Origin: Euprymna scolopes
Lineage: Eukaryota
Direction: 5' to 3' (one strand)
DNA length: 64,000 bases
Assembly: GCA_053919585.1 (NCBI GenBank)
Contig: CM132786.1
The translations under genes and the position numbers were made by a program. This document shows positions 51,280 through 64,000 of this stretch, one piece after another. The notes beneath the pieces are model-generated. The model saw nothing but the letters and a program-made list of their open reading frames with translations, made no database searches and was not told where the DNA came from. Position 1 is the stretch's first letter, and each line of letters starts with the position of its first letter.

Positions 51280-51689
51280 ATAATAAGATAATAAAAATAA
51301 ATATTATGCCAATATTAGAACTTGTCGAGATAATATAAAGTTCAGTAAAACGATAAAGCATAAAAAAATTAGATGATATTGATTAATATTGAGTAAACTA
51401 CAATATTTAGTAAGTTACCAATAAATTCAAACAGGGAGTTGTAATTGAGAAAAATCCGTACATGTATTTTCATATACATTAATCATCACAGAACAAAAAT
51501 AATTAAAAATATATCACGTATCAGCATAAAGTGTAGAAATATATATATAAAAACACTCTTTGGTGAACTAAAAGAGAGTTTCAAATCATTTTATTAAACT
51601 TCTTACATTGTATCATAACGAACCCGTCTAAAGTTGTTCCTTAGCGTAGGCCATAACTATAAAAGACAAGAAGCAAGGGGTTGAATATA

Positions 51690-52190
51690 GGGAAGGAGAG
51701 GAACTGTCTTTATGCCCAGCTTAGTCGAATGGCCTTTGACTAGGATAAAGCTGTGGACTGATTTATTGCGTTGGTGGAAATGCCTCGATTAAGCGATTAT
51801 CGGCCTTTTACGACGGAATCGCTTCATGAACTCCCTTAAAACCTCAACAAAGTATTTCTTGTTGACTGTCGGTCCAATGTATGCAGATTATCCCCATGCT
51901 ATCAATAAAAGGAATCAACATAAGTTTTTGGTGGATTTACCCTGTCTGCTGTTCTTGGATCTTGGAGAGGCAGTATGCTTCTACTAATGCCCCATTTCTC
52001 TGGGTAATAGCAGTTAATCCAGCTTTCATCACAGGTCACCGAAGCATTAAGAACTGGAGGAAGTGTCTTGATCAGCTCGACCATCTCACTGCTGTTATGT
52101 CAACATTTCTCTTTCTGGTCGTCTCTAAGCACCATTAGAACAAACTTCACAACACATCTCCCGCATCCTCAGTTCTCTCGTGAATGATTA
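51690..52190 (-). mobile_element. Mariner transposase fragment
   Basis: VTCDESWINCYYPE (compare ITGDESW..Y.PE) and TVNKKYFVEVLREF. Confidence 0.85.
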
Positions 52191-52192
52191 CG

Positions 52193-52783
52193 CTATATAA
52201 ATCTCATCTGTCTGTTAATGTGTATGCATGTATGTTAATATTTTTCGCTAAAACATTCGCTGCACGCAGCAAACACTGACAAAATAAGTATTGTTTTAAG
52301 CTAGGTATTTGGCCGACAGCCAACAATAAACCAGAAACCTTAATTTTTTGACCGAAACTCTTCCGTTTTTTTACAAGGAGTGGTCACTTTTTCTTCGATA
52401 TTTTGCATAGTCATTTACGCTTCGCGATATCGACGTTGCCCTAAGAAATGTTATTCCGAACGCTCGTGACATCACAGGTCGCGGGAGCGAAACGACTAAA
52501 CAGTTTTCATTTTTCCCATCTTTTTCCTCTTAGCGTTACAAGCTCGAGTCTGTCTGCCTGCTTAATACTTTCTTGTCGCTATTTTAATTTCTTTTGAAGT
52601 ATTGGTCATTATTTAGGGCTTCATTGCTAAATTATTTTATTTTTTCATTATGTTTGCGTTCGCGCGGATATTCTCTGCTATTTACATATTTAGGAGACTT
52701 TAAAACATTTTTAGGGACCCGTTGATCAATGCCCTTAGCAATAAACCCTCTCCATACCGGGCAACGCCGTATTTGCCCACTAG
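52193..52783 (+). mobile_element. Non-autonomous Helitron
   Basis: 3' hairpin GGGCAA-cgccgtat-TTGCCC (52759-52778) followed by CTAG|T (52780-52784). Confidence 0.75.
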
Positions 52784-55700
52784 TTATATATAAATCTAAG
52801 TGTACCGTTTTATAACAGTAAGAAAAAGAATATTGATGAAAAAAAAACAAATATAATTTACACAAGTTAAAATATATTTCGGATAAGAAATTATTAGCAA
52901 TTAGTGATTTACGCAGAGAAAACACATCTAATACAAAATCAAGCTAAATCCAAAATTTAATCCGTTATGCAGATTATTAAAGTGATAATTAAACCATTTA
53001 GCGTTGTCAGCAAACCATAAACGAGTGTAAATACTGTTTTTAAGTTACACCCATTTATTTTATTCTCTTGTTTCGTTTATTTTTTTTTAGTAAACGCTGT
53101 ACAGGTTATAACCTAATGCATAAAATGTTAAATTGGCATATTTCCACTACTGGCAAGTACTTAGCCGTTGCGTATTAAATTGGTATTGCAATTGTATAAG
53201 CACGTGTGATGAAGAAAACGTATGATCTACAATATACTCTTGATAATTAACAAGTAAAATTTCATTAAGGAGTTTATATGATTCGATTAGGATTAATAAT
53301 ATTAATGCAATGTATAATAACGCAGTGTCAAATACACATTTGTGATATATAATTAAAAAAATAAAATAAAGAGTGTAACGTCTTTTACATATCGTAATTA
53401 TCATAATGAAAGTAGAGTGGGCGTTTCTATTATATAGGGATAGTGCTTTCTTGTCTTTCGTATCGTTTTTGTTTTTAAATCACTCAGTAATTGTTTAAAG
53501 ACAGAAATGTGTAAACGAAATTATATAGAAGTATATTTGCATGATAACGTGTGTAAACATGAAAGAGGAGCAAAACGAAAGAAAATAAACGCAGCTTTTG
53601 ATTTGTTAATCTTCTTTAGTAAACATTAAGTCTTCTCTGGTTTTACCGCTAGAAGAAATAACGAAACTAAAAAAGTGTTTACCAACATACTATTTACGTG
53701 GTTGCAGGTCGAATGTACGGCTGTTGTAAAAATATTGCATTGGAAGTGAACCTATATGCTTCCACGTGTGTATCGCATGGTTTTTATTGAACTTAGTATA
53801 GTTATTTTGTCTGGTTTGCATTTATGCAACTCAAAGAAACAGAGTAAAGAACACATTAACATTTGCTGATGAAAGAGCAGTGTTCTTTAATGCAATTACA
53901 CTACTGTCTCACCCCACCTAAATCTCTCATTAGCTTTATTTCCTGAAGTATGTAATTGGACTGTAACTTTAAAATTGTTTTAAAAATAAATAAATAAATA
54001 AAATAAACTAATCGATTTTTTATAAAACCTTATCTGTCCGGGAAATCGCTTACAGCAAATAGACTTTGATTGATTGTAAGTAAAATACTAGTAGGTCACC
54101 AGACAGCAGACACCTCAGCTGATTCGATCACATTATAATTAACCGGCATGTTTCCATTACTAAAATATTTAAGTGTTCGAAAATAAGACAAATAGATCGA
54201 ACTATTAAATTTATTTTATTTTATTCATTTCTATAAAATAATGTACACGTGAATAATGTTGTATAGTTATATAGTTGAACACTTCATCATTAATCGATCA
54301 TTGATTTAAATCGGAATCAATGACAGGTCAATAGTTTAATAAAGGATGTCATCTAAAATTGTTTATTTGATATGAATTGGCAGTGCTCATATTTGTCGTG
54401 AAGATTGAGTGTAAAAGTAACTGAAAACTAACATTATAGAGATGCGACCAATATAATAGAAAACTAAATACAAAAGGAAATTAGTCTTTTTTGGAACCAA
54501 TTCTATCTATGAAGGATCTAAATAGTTCATAAAATAGAATTCGTGATGAAAAGGATGACTACATAACATATTCTTGCTTTTATTAGCGTTCAATTACATC
54601 CAAATACAATTAATAACCTGATAACATAAAGCTTAAAAATCCAAATATAATAAGCGACATTTCCAAAAAATGATATATACCATATCTTAGCTACAAACAT
54701 TGGTGTATTTCATTCTAGAGTATCACCAAAAACCGTGTTTTATTTCAATCTAAATACGTGAAAATTCATATGTAATATATTAGTAACTACACGTGTTATG
54801 CGTCAGATCAAACAAATTCAATGTATCCCTTTTGCATTTGAACTCTCTACTTCTGACTTGTAAGGTACCATAATTTAAACGTATAAATAACGTAAATTAA
54901 TTGACATATTGCAAAGACTACACGTAATTAAAAAATACATATTCTAAGATCGAACAATTTCGATAATACTATTTGTTTTATTTTTAATATTAAATACGCA
55001 ATGTATTATGTGGTATTAATAGTAGAATATAATATGGATTATTGATAAATTGCATTTTGTTTAATTTGTTATGTGGGAATTCTCTGAAAAAATGGGTTGA
55101 AACTTAGATTGTATTTGAATAACATGTAATCGTTCTAGTGAAAATTTATGTAAATATTATAAAAAGGGTCAAAAGGCCATTAGAAAAAAAGATTAATCAT
55201 ATGATTGTGTCAATGTTTGCAAATGATGAGGCTATGAAAATTACATAAATGTAATCTCATGCCTAATGTAATGTGTACTCAAATCTGTAGAGAAACAAAC
55301 ATAACAAAGTACACAACATACACTAATGGAAAATATTCAAAATTCAGGAAAAAAATCGCTTAACGATTTCAGAAACAATAAATCTCCCACACGCAATGTT
55401 TTCATTTACAACATGAACCAAATATAATGAGAAGTTTCTTTAATAGACTCGATCCAGACTCACAGTTATTGTCTGAGAAAATCGCTCCATTTCAACATTT
55501 TTAGCACGCTAATAATATATAAGGAATTGATTGATTTTATGTGGCGAAGTAACGTAGTTTGTGACAAACAATATTTCAAAAACTTATCATTACAGTATTT
55601 TATTATATTTCTTATTCTGATTCGAGATTAAAAAAATAGTTACATAAAATCGGACTTAATTATACACGAAAACCAATTAATGTTTTGCTATATTCAATTC

Positions 55701-56364
55701 TTTATTGCATATAAGTTATTGATACATTTCAACATAGATGTAAATAATAAATATTGTAATCTCTGTTTTATTGATTTGTTGTATTTATTAATTTTTCACA
55801 TAGAATAATCTGGCCAATCGCAATTCTAATTAACGTTTTTTAATACGCCAAATGGCTTACTTTTTCGACCTCGAATTTTGAAATATTTAAACTCCCTTGT
55901 ACATGGCACAGTACTTCAGATGATCACGTAATTTTACATGTACGATTGGTATTCCTCGTTTTATTTACATCATTTTAGCGGTATTGTCCTGAAATGCAGT
56001 ATTGTTGGATCTTAAAAGCCTTGTTTTATGAGTAAATCCACAACAGATCGCTTCATTTACTAACACAGCATGTTTAGTTTAAAAAGCGTTATCCAGAACA
56101 CTAGCTTGGCAAATTTTAATTGTTACTACTCTGGCGTACTGCTTCAACACGACGCTAAGTAACCTGAATGATCCAGTCACTAACGTCATGGGCATTAATG
56201 GCAAACCTTTATGTAGGCTTCAGTTATGTTTTACAATTTCAGCATGGCTACGAGAGGCTTTCTAGATAGATTAACCCTTTTGTGTTGACTGATTAGGTGT
56301 CTTGATTGGGTTAGAATACGCCCGAAAAAAATTAAAAATGGTAAAAATGAACAGTTTCTCTGAT

Positions 56365-56755
56365 TGTTAAGGAACAGAGAGAGGGAGAGAAAGAGAGAGG
56401 GCGAAGAGGTGAGTCATAGTGTAGACACGTTGACAAGAAGTCAAGATCAGCTGATTGGATTGCGTGTGAGTCATGTGATCAGGTTAGGTGGATCGATGAG
56501 ATTTGGTTAGGACTTGGACAAAAGCGGACGGCTTTGCCGTTCTTTCCTCCCCTTCGGGGGGGGGAAGAACGCTGACGTGTTAGAGAAGAAGAAACCACAG
56601 GCTAAATTCACTTTCCATTCATTTCTGCAAAACATTTGGAAGGTGAATAAAAAAACTATAATACCAATTTCTTGTCTTGGGGTGAAACAATTCTTCGTCC
56701 TCAAACACAGGAATCAAGTCTCCCTCCAGGATGAGAAATTCCAGATGGTCCAACA
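56365..56755 (+). mobile_element. LTR (TGTT...AACA), probably a 5' LTR whose coding region is missing
   Basis: TGTT and AACA termini, enhancer motifs, AATAAA at 56646, and a tRNA-iMet PBS-like sequence immediately downstream. No TSD and no second LTR found. Confidence 0.65.
56410..56480 (+). promoter_or_regulatory. LTR U3 motifs: two AP-1 sites, inverted CCAAT box, E-box
   Basis: TGAGTCA at 56410 and 56467, ATTGG at 56454, CATGTG at 56472. Confidence 0.5.
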
Positions 56756-56762
56756 TCGAAGA

Positions 56763-56780
56763 AGCAGAGGAAGGTTTTGA
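56763..56780 (+). other. Primer-binding-site-like sequence complementary to the tRNA-iMet 3' region
   Basis: AGCAGAGGAAGGTTTTGA vs AGCAGAGGATGGTTTCGA (16/18, metazoan iMet sequence recalled from memory). The leading TGGT is missing. Confidence 0.65.
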
Positions 56781-58079
56781 AAATACATGTAACTCACACA
56801 CGATTCCCTTTATGATAGAACATAAATATATAATATAACACGTCATCTCTTCTAATCCATTATTAGAGACGATGCAACAAGCACTCAAACCTTTATTATA
56901 GAGCAAAAACGCAACATGATGCCTGTCGATGACATGTGTTTCGATTTCGTGCCGCCTTCTCGAGAAACCAGAGGCATTGTGCGAACAGCTCGGTTGTGAT
57001 TAAATGATTTTAAAATCAACGGAAACCGATGAGAAAATGTGTTTTTTTGTGAAAAGTAAAACGAAAAACAACTTTTGTTAAAAACCATGTCATCATTTCA
57101 TATACAACTGTAATGTGATATTAAAAATTAGAGACAGTTGACTTCGTGTAAACCTCAGTTTTCCCAGTATATTTATGAACTACTTTAAAATAATTATAAA
57201 GTTTTCCGTAAAAATTACTACCTAACGTAGTTTAATGTATAATAAATCCACATAACCAAAATTAAGACCAGTTTTTTGTAAACAGAGATGTGCATTTTTT
57301 GAAGGACTAACTATTTTAAAATGTCCAAATTTGTGCAAACAACCTTTAAGTTCTCTAATCTGGATCATTGTTTAAAAAAAAAACTAGTGATATCGCACAA
57401 GCGCGCATAACAATTTATTATCATGACATTGAAAAGTTAGGTATAAAAATGTAATACCTTACTTTTTAAAATGTATAAAATGCATTTTTGAAATAAATAC
57501 ATTTCAAATTGAATTCTGTACCTTAATTTTTAAATCCTATATTAAAACATTTTGTTTGACAATTTTCATGCCTTGAATGAAATGCTTTTCCAACTTGTAT
57601 CATATCTTTTTAAGATTATATTTTACTTAATTTATTAATTTGGATTGTAAAGAATGAATGTGGGGTTGCATGTATTTATAAAAACGTTCCTACTCTCTAT
57701 TTCAGTTTGTATTTCTCCTCATTCCGCAACTAACTTTTGCAACCCGCTCTTTGTATACTTACAAGTCTGAATATTCTCTCTGTTTCAGTTTGTATTTCTC
57801 CTCAAACCACTGCTCCTTTTTCAACTTCGTCTTTGCCATACATGTCTGAATAATGAGAAAATCTTTTTTTTTTAACAAAAACTTAAAAATAACTTTTTTT
57901 AGATTAAATTGGTTTTAACTTCTTGCAGAATAGAAAATATTAACAATCTAATAAGGAACGTATTTCATGTAGGGTTCATTAAAAATATTCAGTAGATAAC
58001 GAGAAAAATAGAGATGAAAATTTCCAAAGGACTGTATAACTGTTTACTCTCAATAGTAGTCCACGCCAGCGAAAGTCCT

Positions 58080-59183
58080 TGTATTTGTTATTCTATTGTG
58101 TGTGCGTGTGTGTGTGTGTAAAAAATCAATATGATAAATCTGTATATGCGTATATATTTTCTGTATTTATTTCCTATGCGTTTACGTGTAGGAATAGCAA
58201 TAATATCTCGAAAAAAACGAAAATGTTTTATTCAAAAGCAAAATATCCTTCGCCCGAAAATTATCGAAGAATTGGCCAAAAACCTCATTTTCTCACCCCG
58301 AAATCAATAATTTTCGACAGATGGGGCAACAAAAAACGGTCTTCTCGTGACGACGACCGGTTCTACGCATGCGTCAGATGACGTCATGACCTGATTTACT
58401 TTAAATAGTTCCAGAACTAAGTTTCATGTACGTCGCGTTATCTCAGTTGGTTTGCGCGTTGGTTAATTATCTAAACGTTTTGGGTTCGATTCGTGGTGTG
58501 AGATGTGTCTTTTTGCGAATTTTTAAATTTAAATATTGAACCAGTGTTTTTTCAGCCATTTCTCACGTAACGTTCGTTTTTCTGTTTTTTTATTACTTCG
58601 CTTATTCTTAGCGACACCCTTAAACACCCGGGTATCCACCGATTTTTTAAATTGTAATATCAAAACGGGCTTATTTAAGCCATATTTCACATGTTTTTTT
58701 GTTTAAACGTTTGTTTTAATGTTTTCTTTTTGTTTTTTTTTCGATTTTTTAACATCGTACGTTTGCCTTACGTTAGTTTTATTTGTGTTTTTTCGATGTT
58801 TTGATTATATCCCCCACTTAATTTTTAACGTTAGTTTTTTACGTTTTTTTTTACTTGACTTATAACAATTGGTCTCATTTGCTGAATAGCTATGGCTTAT
58901 GTCGTCTTCGTCGTCGTCTTCGTCGTCGTCTTCGTCGTCGTTGTTGTAACGCTCGACGACTTCCGTTCGGGCACCTGTTAATTTGGTTCTTACTTAAATA
59001 AATTCAAACATATTTCAGTAACTCATCCTGGCTAGCCGAACGGTTCATTTTTTTTTTTTTACATTTTATTTTCAAACTTCGCCTCAGGGCTTCGGGTTCG
59101 ATCCTCCCCCCCCGGTTTCATTTTTATTTAACATCACAGACACACCTCCAAACACCCGATGAACGCCGGGTACCCCCGTTTGT
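58080..59183 (+). mobile_element. Non-autonomous Helitron-like element
   Basis: (GT)n near the 5' end. The 3' hairpin cccgatgaacgccggg is followed by tacccccg and a degenerate terminal motif (tttgt). Internal (GTCGTCTTC)n at ~58900-58940. Confidence 0.55.
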
Positions 59184-61299
59184 CATTATATAAATAGAAA
59201 TGAGAAACAGAACGGAGAGACTCGAACCTTCAATCTTGCCAACGGGGGTAAAATTTTTATGTGAAAACGTGAACATACAAACATAAATGTATTACTTTAA
59301 TTAGAACGGTCTATGAAAGGAGGACGGATCGAACATCTGAAATAAACAAATAAAAATGTTCTTTCACGATTAACAAAAAATAAGATCACTTGCACACAAA
59401 TAGTTCAGCAATCGAAATGAATGAATTACTCTAACTTTTGTCTCGCGTGTTTCCGGTTCAAATTCTATGTCACGAAGAAAATGTTTTGAGGAAAATATTT
59501 CATGTTATCATCCTCCGAGAATAAGGTTTTTCTTACCGAATTTATTATATGAATGTACGTTAATTTATATGTTCGATTGCAAGCGTGATATATTCATGAA
59601 CAAATTATTTTTTGCATTGTACTGTTTGCTAATTTTTTTATAGCGTTAAAAAATCAACACATCTTATTATAGCAGTTTTTTAATAATGCAAAACAATTTA
59701 ATCTTTCAATTTTAATTTTCATATTTTTTACATAAATGTCATTAGGATTTTACACTTAGAAATAATTGAAGTTTTTTTTTACTTAGAAGTAGCTTTTAAC
59801 CAAATTATATTTATATTTTAGGTAAGGTTATTTTTTATATGGGGTGTGTTCATTTACTCCCCTATTTAAGCGGAATTAAAGAATAAAAAAACATTTATGA
59901 TCTCCAGGACATAATTTTTTAGTTGATATTATATTGTCAAATATTATATAAAATAATGAAATTTTCTTGTTTTATTTTAATATTTTCACTTTTTTTTCTT
60001 AGAACGCAGGGGTATCAGAATATTTGACTTATTTTAAGCTATTGTTTTAGGAAATAAGACAAAAAATAAAAACTGGAGCAACATCTTAGAAACAACAACA
60101 AAAACAACACCAACGTAGAATAGTTTTAAATGGTTTAGTTACTACTAAATATAGATTTAATGTAATCATCACCAAACAGAATGTTAAAAGTTTAAAATCA
60201 AAAACTATCTCCACATACATATTTAATATTTTAACTAATAATCATTTTGAATATATATGTATGTGTGTGTAAAAAGGGGCATAATTACAGAAAACATTAC
60301 CTAATATATTTAGTTATACGCTTTCTAATTTTCTATCTTTTATAATTGCAATACTGACAGTCAGAACCCTCTATTATCTAAACGGCCATGAATATGAATC
60401 TTCGCAGAAATGTTCATGACGTATACAACTACTCATATCGGCCTCGCAGTAAATCCTAATTTCTCTCTCCATTTATTTGTTTGTTATTCCTTTATTAAAT
60501 GCACGTTAAATACTTTCCAAAGGGACTGCGTTGGCATGAAAAAACGCACGTGCAAAGAAAGCGCCTAGAAAAAAGGATTTGCGATTAAGACTTTTACAAA
60601 GGAAAAAAAAAACCTCCACTCTTATCGATAGCGCTATAATGCGAATCAACTGCACGTCTATGCCCAAGTGTCGATTACTCAAATTGGCATACCTGCAGGT
60701 TATTTAAGAAAAAGACGAAGCTGATTGCAGGTGTTGTTCGATCGCATTGAACATAAAAAAACGCAATACATACGTTTTAATTTCGTGCGGATCTACGAGT
60801 AATGATATGTGTATATATAGCGAAGGTTTACAAGATCAGCAGAACGAAAAGATAGATACATTGACCCGTATAGAAATGCCTGAATTGCAGCCAACATTAC
60901 ACTTACTCCAAGCAGCGAATATCGCTGACAGAATCAAGTTTATCTGGTGATTTTATCTTTCGCTTCACAACGAGTAACGATTAGCCATAACAATATAATA
61001 AGTGTTGACATCGCCGGGAGAATTCCGATGAAGAATCTGACGTCCCGTTGACGAAACGCCGTATCTTAAGACGTATGTCGGCACTTCTGCATTGGAAAAT
61101 CAGTATCTACTGATTCTGACTCACTCTCCGAATCAATTGATACCTCAGCAACGGCCAAATCAGTGTTCCTCTCTGTAGTGGGGATCTTCCACTCCTCAAT
61201 AGCCGGTGTGCTGAGAATTTCTGCATGCGCCTTAGTCACAGAGACCGTTAATTTATCCCTAATACTGTAAGAGACAGGACATGTTTTTAATAACTACAT

Positions 61300-62300
61300 A
61301 ATAGGGATCCGAACGCACGTCTAGTTGTCCCCTTCTAGGGTGGGTTTGTAATAAACTAAGTCACCAATCTTAAATTTTACTGATTTTGTTTTTCTCTCTG
61401 AAAGTTTTATCATCTTTTTTCTAGCTTTTTAAAAAAAAAAAATTCTAACTAACGTAAAGGTATCATGCATTTCTGGTAGAGCGATCTTGTGATCTTCGTC
61501 ACCATAGTACACTCTACGCGGTCTCAATATATTATCTAGTGGCAGAATAACGCCCCTGTTATAAAGCAAATAATATAGTGAGAACTTTGTTGTTTCGCTC
61601 ACATGAAACCTGACAGCCGCTAACATTTGATTTATATAAATGTCCCATGACCTTTCGTTGTCCCTATCTTCTTTGCTAACACATCATACATCGTTAATCT
61701 TTTAACTTTTCCATTACTCTGCGTGTGATAAAATGATGTGGCCACATGATGTACATTAAGGTCCTCTAACGCCTTCTTCATCAGCTTATTTATATTTTCG
61801 GGCCCATTGTCTGTTAACAGCTGACGTGGTGCCCCAAATCTGGGAAAATCTCGTCAATTAACAGATGCACCACAGTTTTTGCTTTCTTATTGAGGACCGC
61901 AAAAGCCTCTGGCCAACCACTATAGATATCTATGAAAGTTAATATGTACTTGTTACCCGAAAGTGTCTTTGGGTAGGGACCAGAAGCATCTAATGCAAAC
62001 TTTGCAAAAGGAAATTGGGGCAGATCGTACTCCTGTATTTTAGGTCGTTGTTTCTTCAAATTTATGGTCCGGCATGGAATACATTTACCTATGTATTCGT
62101 TTATCTCTTTAAATAAATCATGGGAGAAAGATTTTTGTTTAATCGCGTGATACGTCTTTTCCACGCCCATGTGACCATTATCGTCGTGATATTGTACTAA
62201 CACCCTTTTCCTAAGATTTTACAGTACATATAATATTATCAATGGTTCGTTGTCAGGTTGCGACAAATGATACACGATTTCGTCCATTACTATATATGTC
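61300..62300 (-). pseudogene. Gypsy integrase remnant
   Basis: ORFs 61814-62203 and 61429-61626 show the HHCC and DDE-region motifs. Confidence 0.9.
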
Positions 62301-62440
62301 TTCTGTTCTACTTTGGACGCTTTACCATTTTTTATCCGCATCTACAATTCTAATATATCTTTATCTAATTCCTATTCCCTAATTAGAGCTATACCTGATA
62401 ACGTAGGTCGTTTGTGCTTGGCCCAAGAGTCATCAGCATT

Positions 62441-63190
62441 CTAATATGAGGCATACTCTTTCGGCTCAAAGAGATTCGACTTTATCGCACTCACTAGATA
62501 TTTTCTAGTATCTATCTCTGCGAGAGGATCATCACTGTCCTGACTCAAATCAACCGATCGTAACAAGAGATCTGCACAAACATTATATTTCCCCTTCAGG
62601 TACTGTATGGTACAATTATATCCAGCCATACGTAAAGCGCATGCTTGTATCTTCCTATTTTGTATCAGTGAGTTTAACAGATATTCTAGGGGTCCATGAT
62701 CTGTATAGATGTTGAACGTTACACTATGCAAGTAGTAGTTTAACTTATTAAGTGCATAGTCTATCGCATATGCTTCCTACTCTATCGTTGATCATCTCGT
62801 TTGGGTGTTACTCAGCTTATGAGATAAAAAATAAATGGGCTTTTCTACCTCATTGATCATAGACCATATGTGACAAACACGCTGCAATCGAATGGTCGGA
62901 GGCGTCTGTATACAGTTGATAGTACCTATCAGGATTGGGATATGCCAGTATTAACATGTCTGTGAGCTTCATTTTTAGGGTATCATAGGCAGACTGGCAT
63001 GCGTCATTCCATTGAAAACGCGCAAAATTTCTCGTCGACCGAACAACGGATCAGCAATATCAGACACATTTTGTACAAATCGCCGATTGTATGGCGTCAT
63101 ACCGACGAAAGCCCTTTCAAAGTGGTTGGAGTCGTAATCGATTTTATAGATTTGACTTTGTTTGGGTCTTGCTGTATACCACTCTCCCTA
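62441..63190 (-). pseudogene. Gypsy RT-thumb and RNase H remnant
   Basis: ORF 62441-62731 plus upstream motifs, including PIYFLSHKL. Confidence 0.9.
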
Positions 63191-64000
63191 ACCATCTCTA
63201 CATTTTCTCCACATGTGGCTTCTTTACCACAATAGAAACACCTTATACCATGTCAAGCTCTTTCACTTTCCCTAGTTGTGTATGCTGGACCTCTATTAGT
63301 TGGTACCCGTTTCTCCATTTATCATCGTGTTTTGGGAATCAAGCTGGCCCCATGGCGTTAACTTGAATTCGCCGTCTAGTGTGACAAACCTCCATGGGAT
63401 CGTATTCATATTCATGGCTTGCATCAAGCGGGATCTTCCATTGTACTTCTGTTAAGGCTTTTTGGTAAGCCGCGTAAAGATCCCTCGGCTCGTGCTTTAT
63501 TACTGCCATCTTTACATTTCAGGCTTGGAGGCCTTCTATAAAAAGCCCTACTACCTGTTTCGTAACTATCTCATTTTTTTAGTCTATCCCACTATAGGTT
63601 CCTTCTAATAGCCTTACTATCCTTTGTATATAGTCTTGGATACCCTCCGAGCTCCACTGTCTTACAATAGTTTACTCAACTATATGCGCGTTGTTCTAAG
63701 GAACTCTTTAACCCTTCCCATGTTATATGCGCATTGTTAACTACCAAAGTACTAATGCATTGTCCAACCAAGCCCTTTATTGTTAGAAGAGCTGCTTGAC
63801 ATTGTTCTTCCTCCCAGGCTCCTACCACCCTAAAATATAACTCTAAGTCGCCCCCTAATCTTTTGTATCCGCCATTTTCTCTCCTCTCTAATGGTGTTAT
63901 GTTTTTAAGCAGGGATTCTCCCCTAATTGTGTTCGACACCGAACTAACAGCATTCCTTAAGTCCGCTGTAAAACCCTGAATGAAACTTCTAAAAATGTCC

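Larger units (their letters stand above)
60411..64000 (-). mobile_element. Ty3/Gypsy LTR retrotransposon, decayed and internally deleted; continues past the window end
   Basis: Gag with zinc knuckle CFYCGK(EGH)..C (~63240), RT thumb GIQQDPNKVKSI, RNase H (LYTDAS, YTDHGPL, YLKGKYNVCADLL) and integrase (HDDNGHMG..CIPC, GPYPKT..GNKYILTFIDIYSGWPEA). A possible 3' LTR at ~60411-60597 is weakly supported. Confidence 0.9.

Noticed and set aside
53866-53895. CTGATGA-AAGAGC-agt-GTTCTT hammerhead-like motif
   Set aside because: GAAA is replaced by TAAT, and there is no convincing stem I or III.
56270-56512. Telomerase RNA template (TAACCCT at 56272; CCTAACCT on the - strand at ~56481-56488)
   Set aside because: The matches are short, I found no pseudoknot or H/ACA domain, and G-U pairing favours the + strand. 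The LTR plus PBS reading explains the locus better.
56686-56735. Type II hammerhead inside the LTR (GAAAC..GTC..CAGGATGA)
   Set aside because: The CUGANGA core is absent and stems I and II are incompatible.
56440-56780. 7SK, RNase P/MRP, SRP, snRNA or a known miRNA
   Set aside because: None of the diagnostic conserved motifs was recognised. An Rfam scan is needed to exclude these formally.
56514-56780. 88-aa ORF as a host gene
   Set aside because: Non-ATG start, located inside the LTR, and no recognisable domain.
57692-57805. ~30-bp direct duplication (tttcagtttgtatttctcctca)
   Set aside because: Only two copies, so an ordinary local duplication.

Overview
AT-rich eukaryotic (invertebrate-like) draft-assembly DNA with eight N-gaps and many microsatellites. 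I found no supportable host protein-coding gene. The window is mostly nested, decayed transposable elements: Penelope-like elements (PLEs; RT plus GIY-YIG), an RTE-type LINE fragment, R4/Dong-type RLE LINE remnants, one near-intact and three decayed CR1-Zenon-like LINEs, a full-length hATm-like DNA transposon with a spliced transposase, Helitron Rep and helicase remnants plus non-autonomous Helitrons, mariner fragments, tRNA-derived SINEs, a probable DIRS/Ngaro relic, an isolated LTR with a tRNA-iMet primer-binding site, and an internally deleted Gypsy element. The most interesting signals are RNA-structural. About ten hammerhead-ribozyme (HHR)-like motifs sit in PLE termini and short tandem or inverted repeats (retrozyme-like); the one at 39253-39300 has a complete catalytic core. 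The LTR at 56365-56755 folds on the + strand into long GU-rich hairpins, including a C(UUCG)G-capped stem and a stem overlapping the poly(A) signal. All family calls come from manual motif recognition with no database search, and boundaries of decayed elements are approximate.
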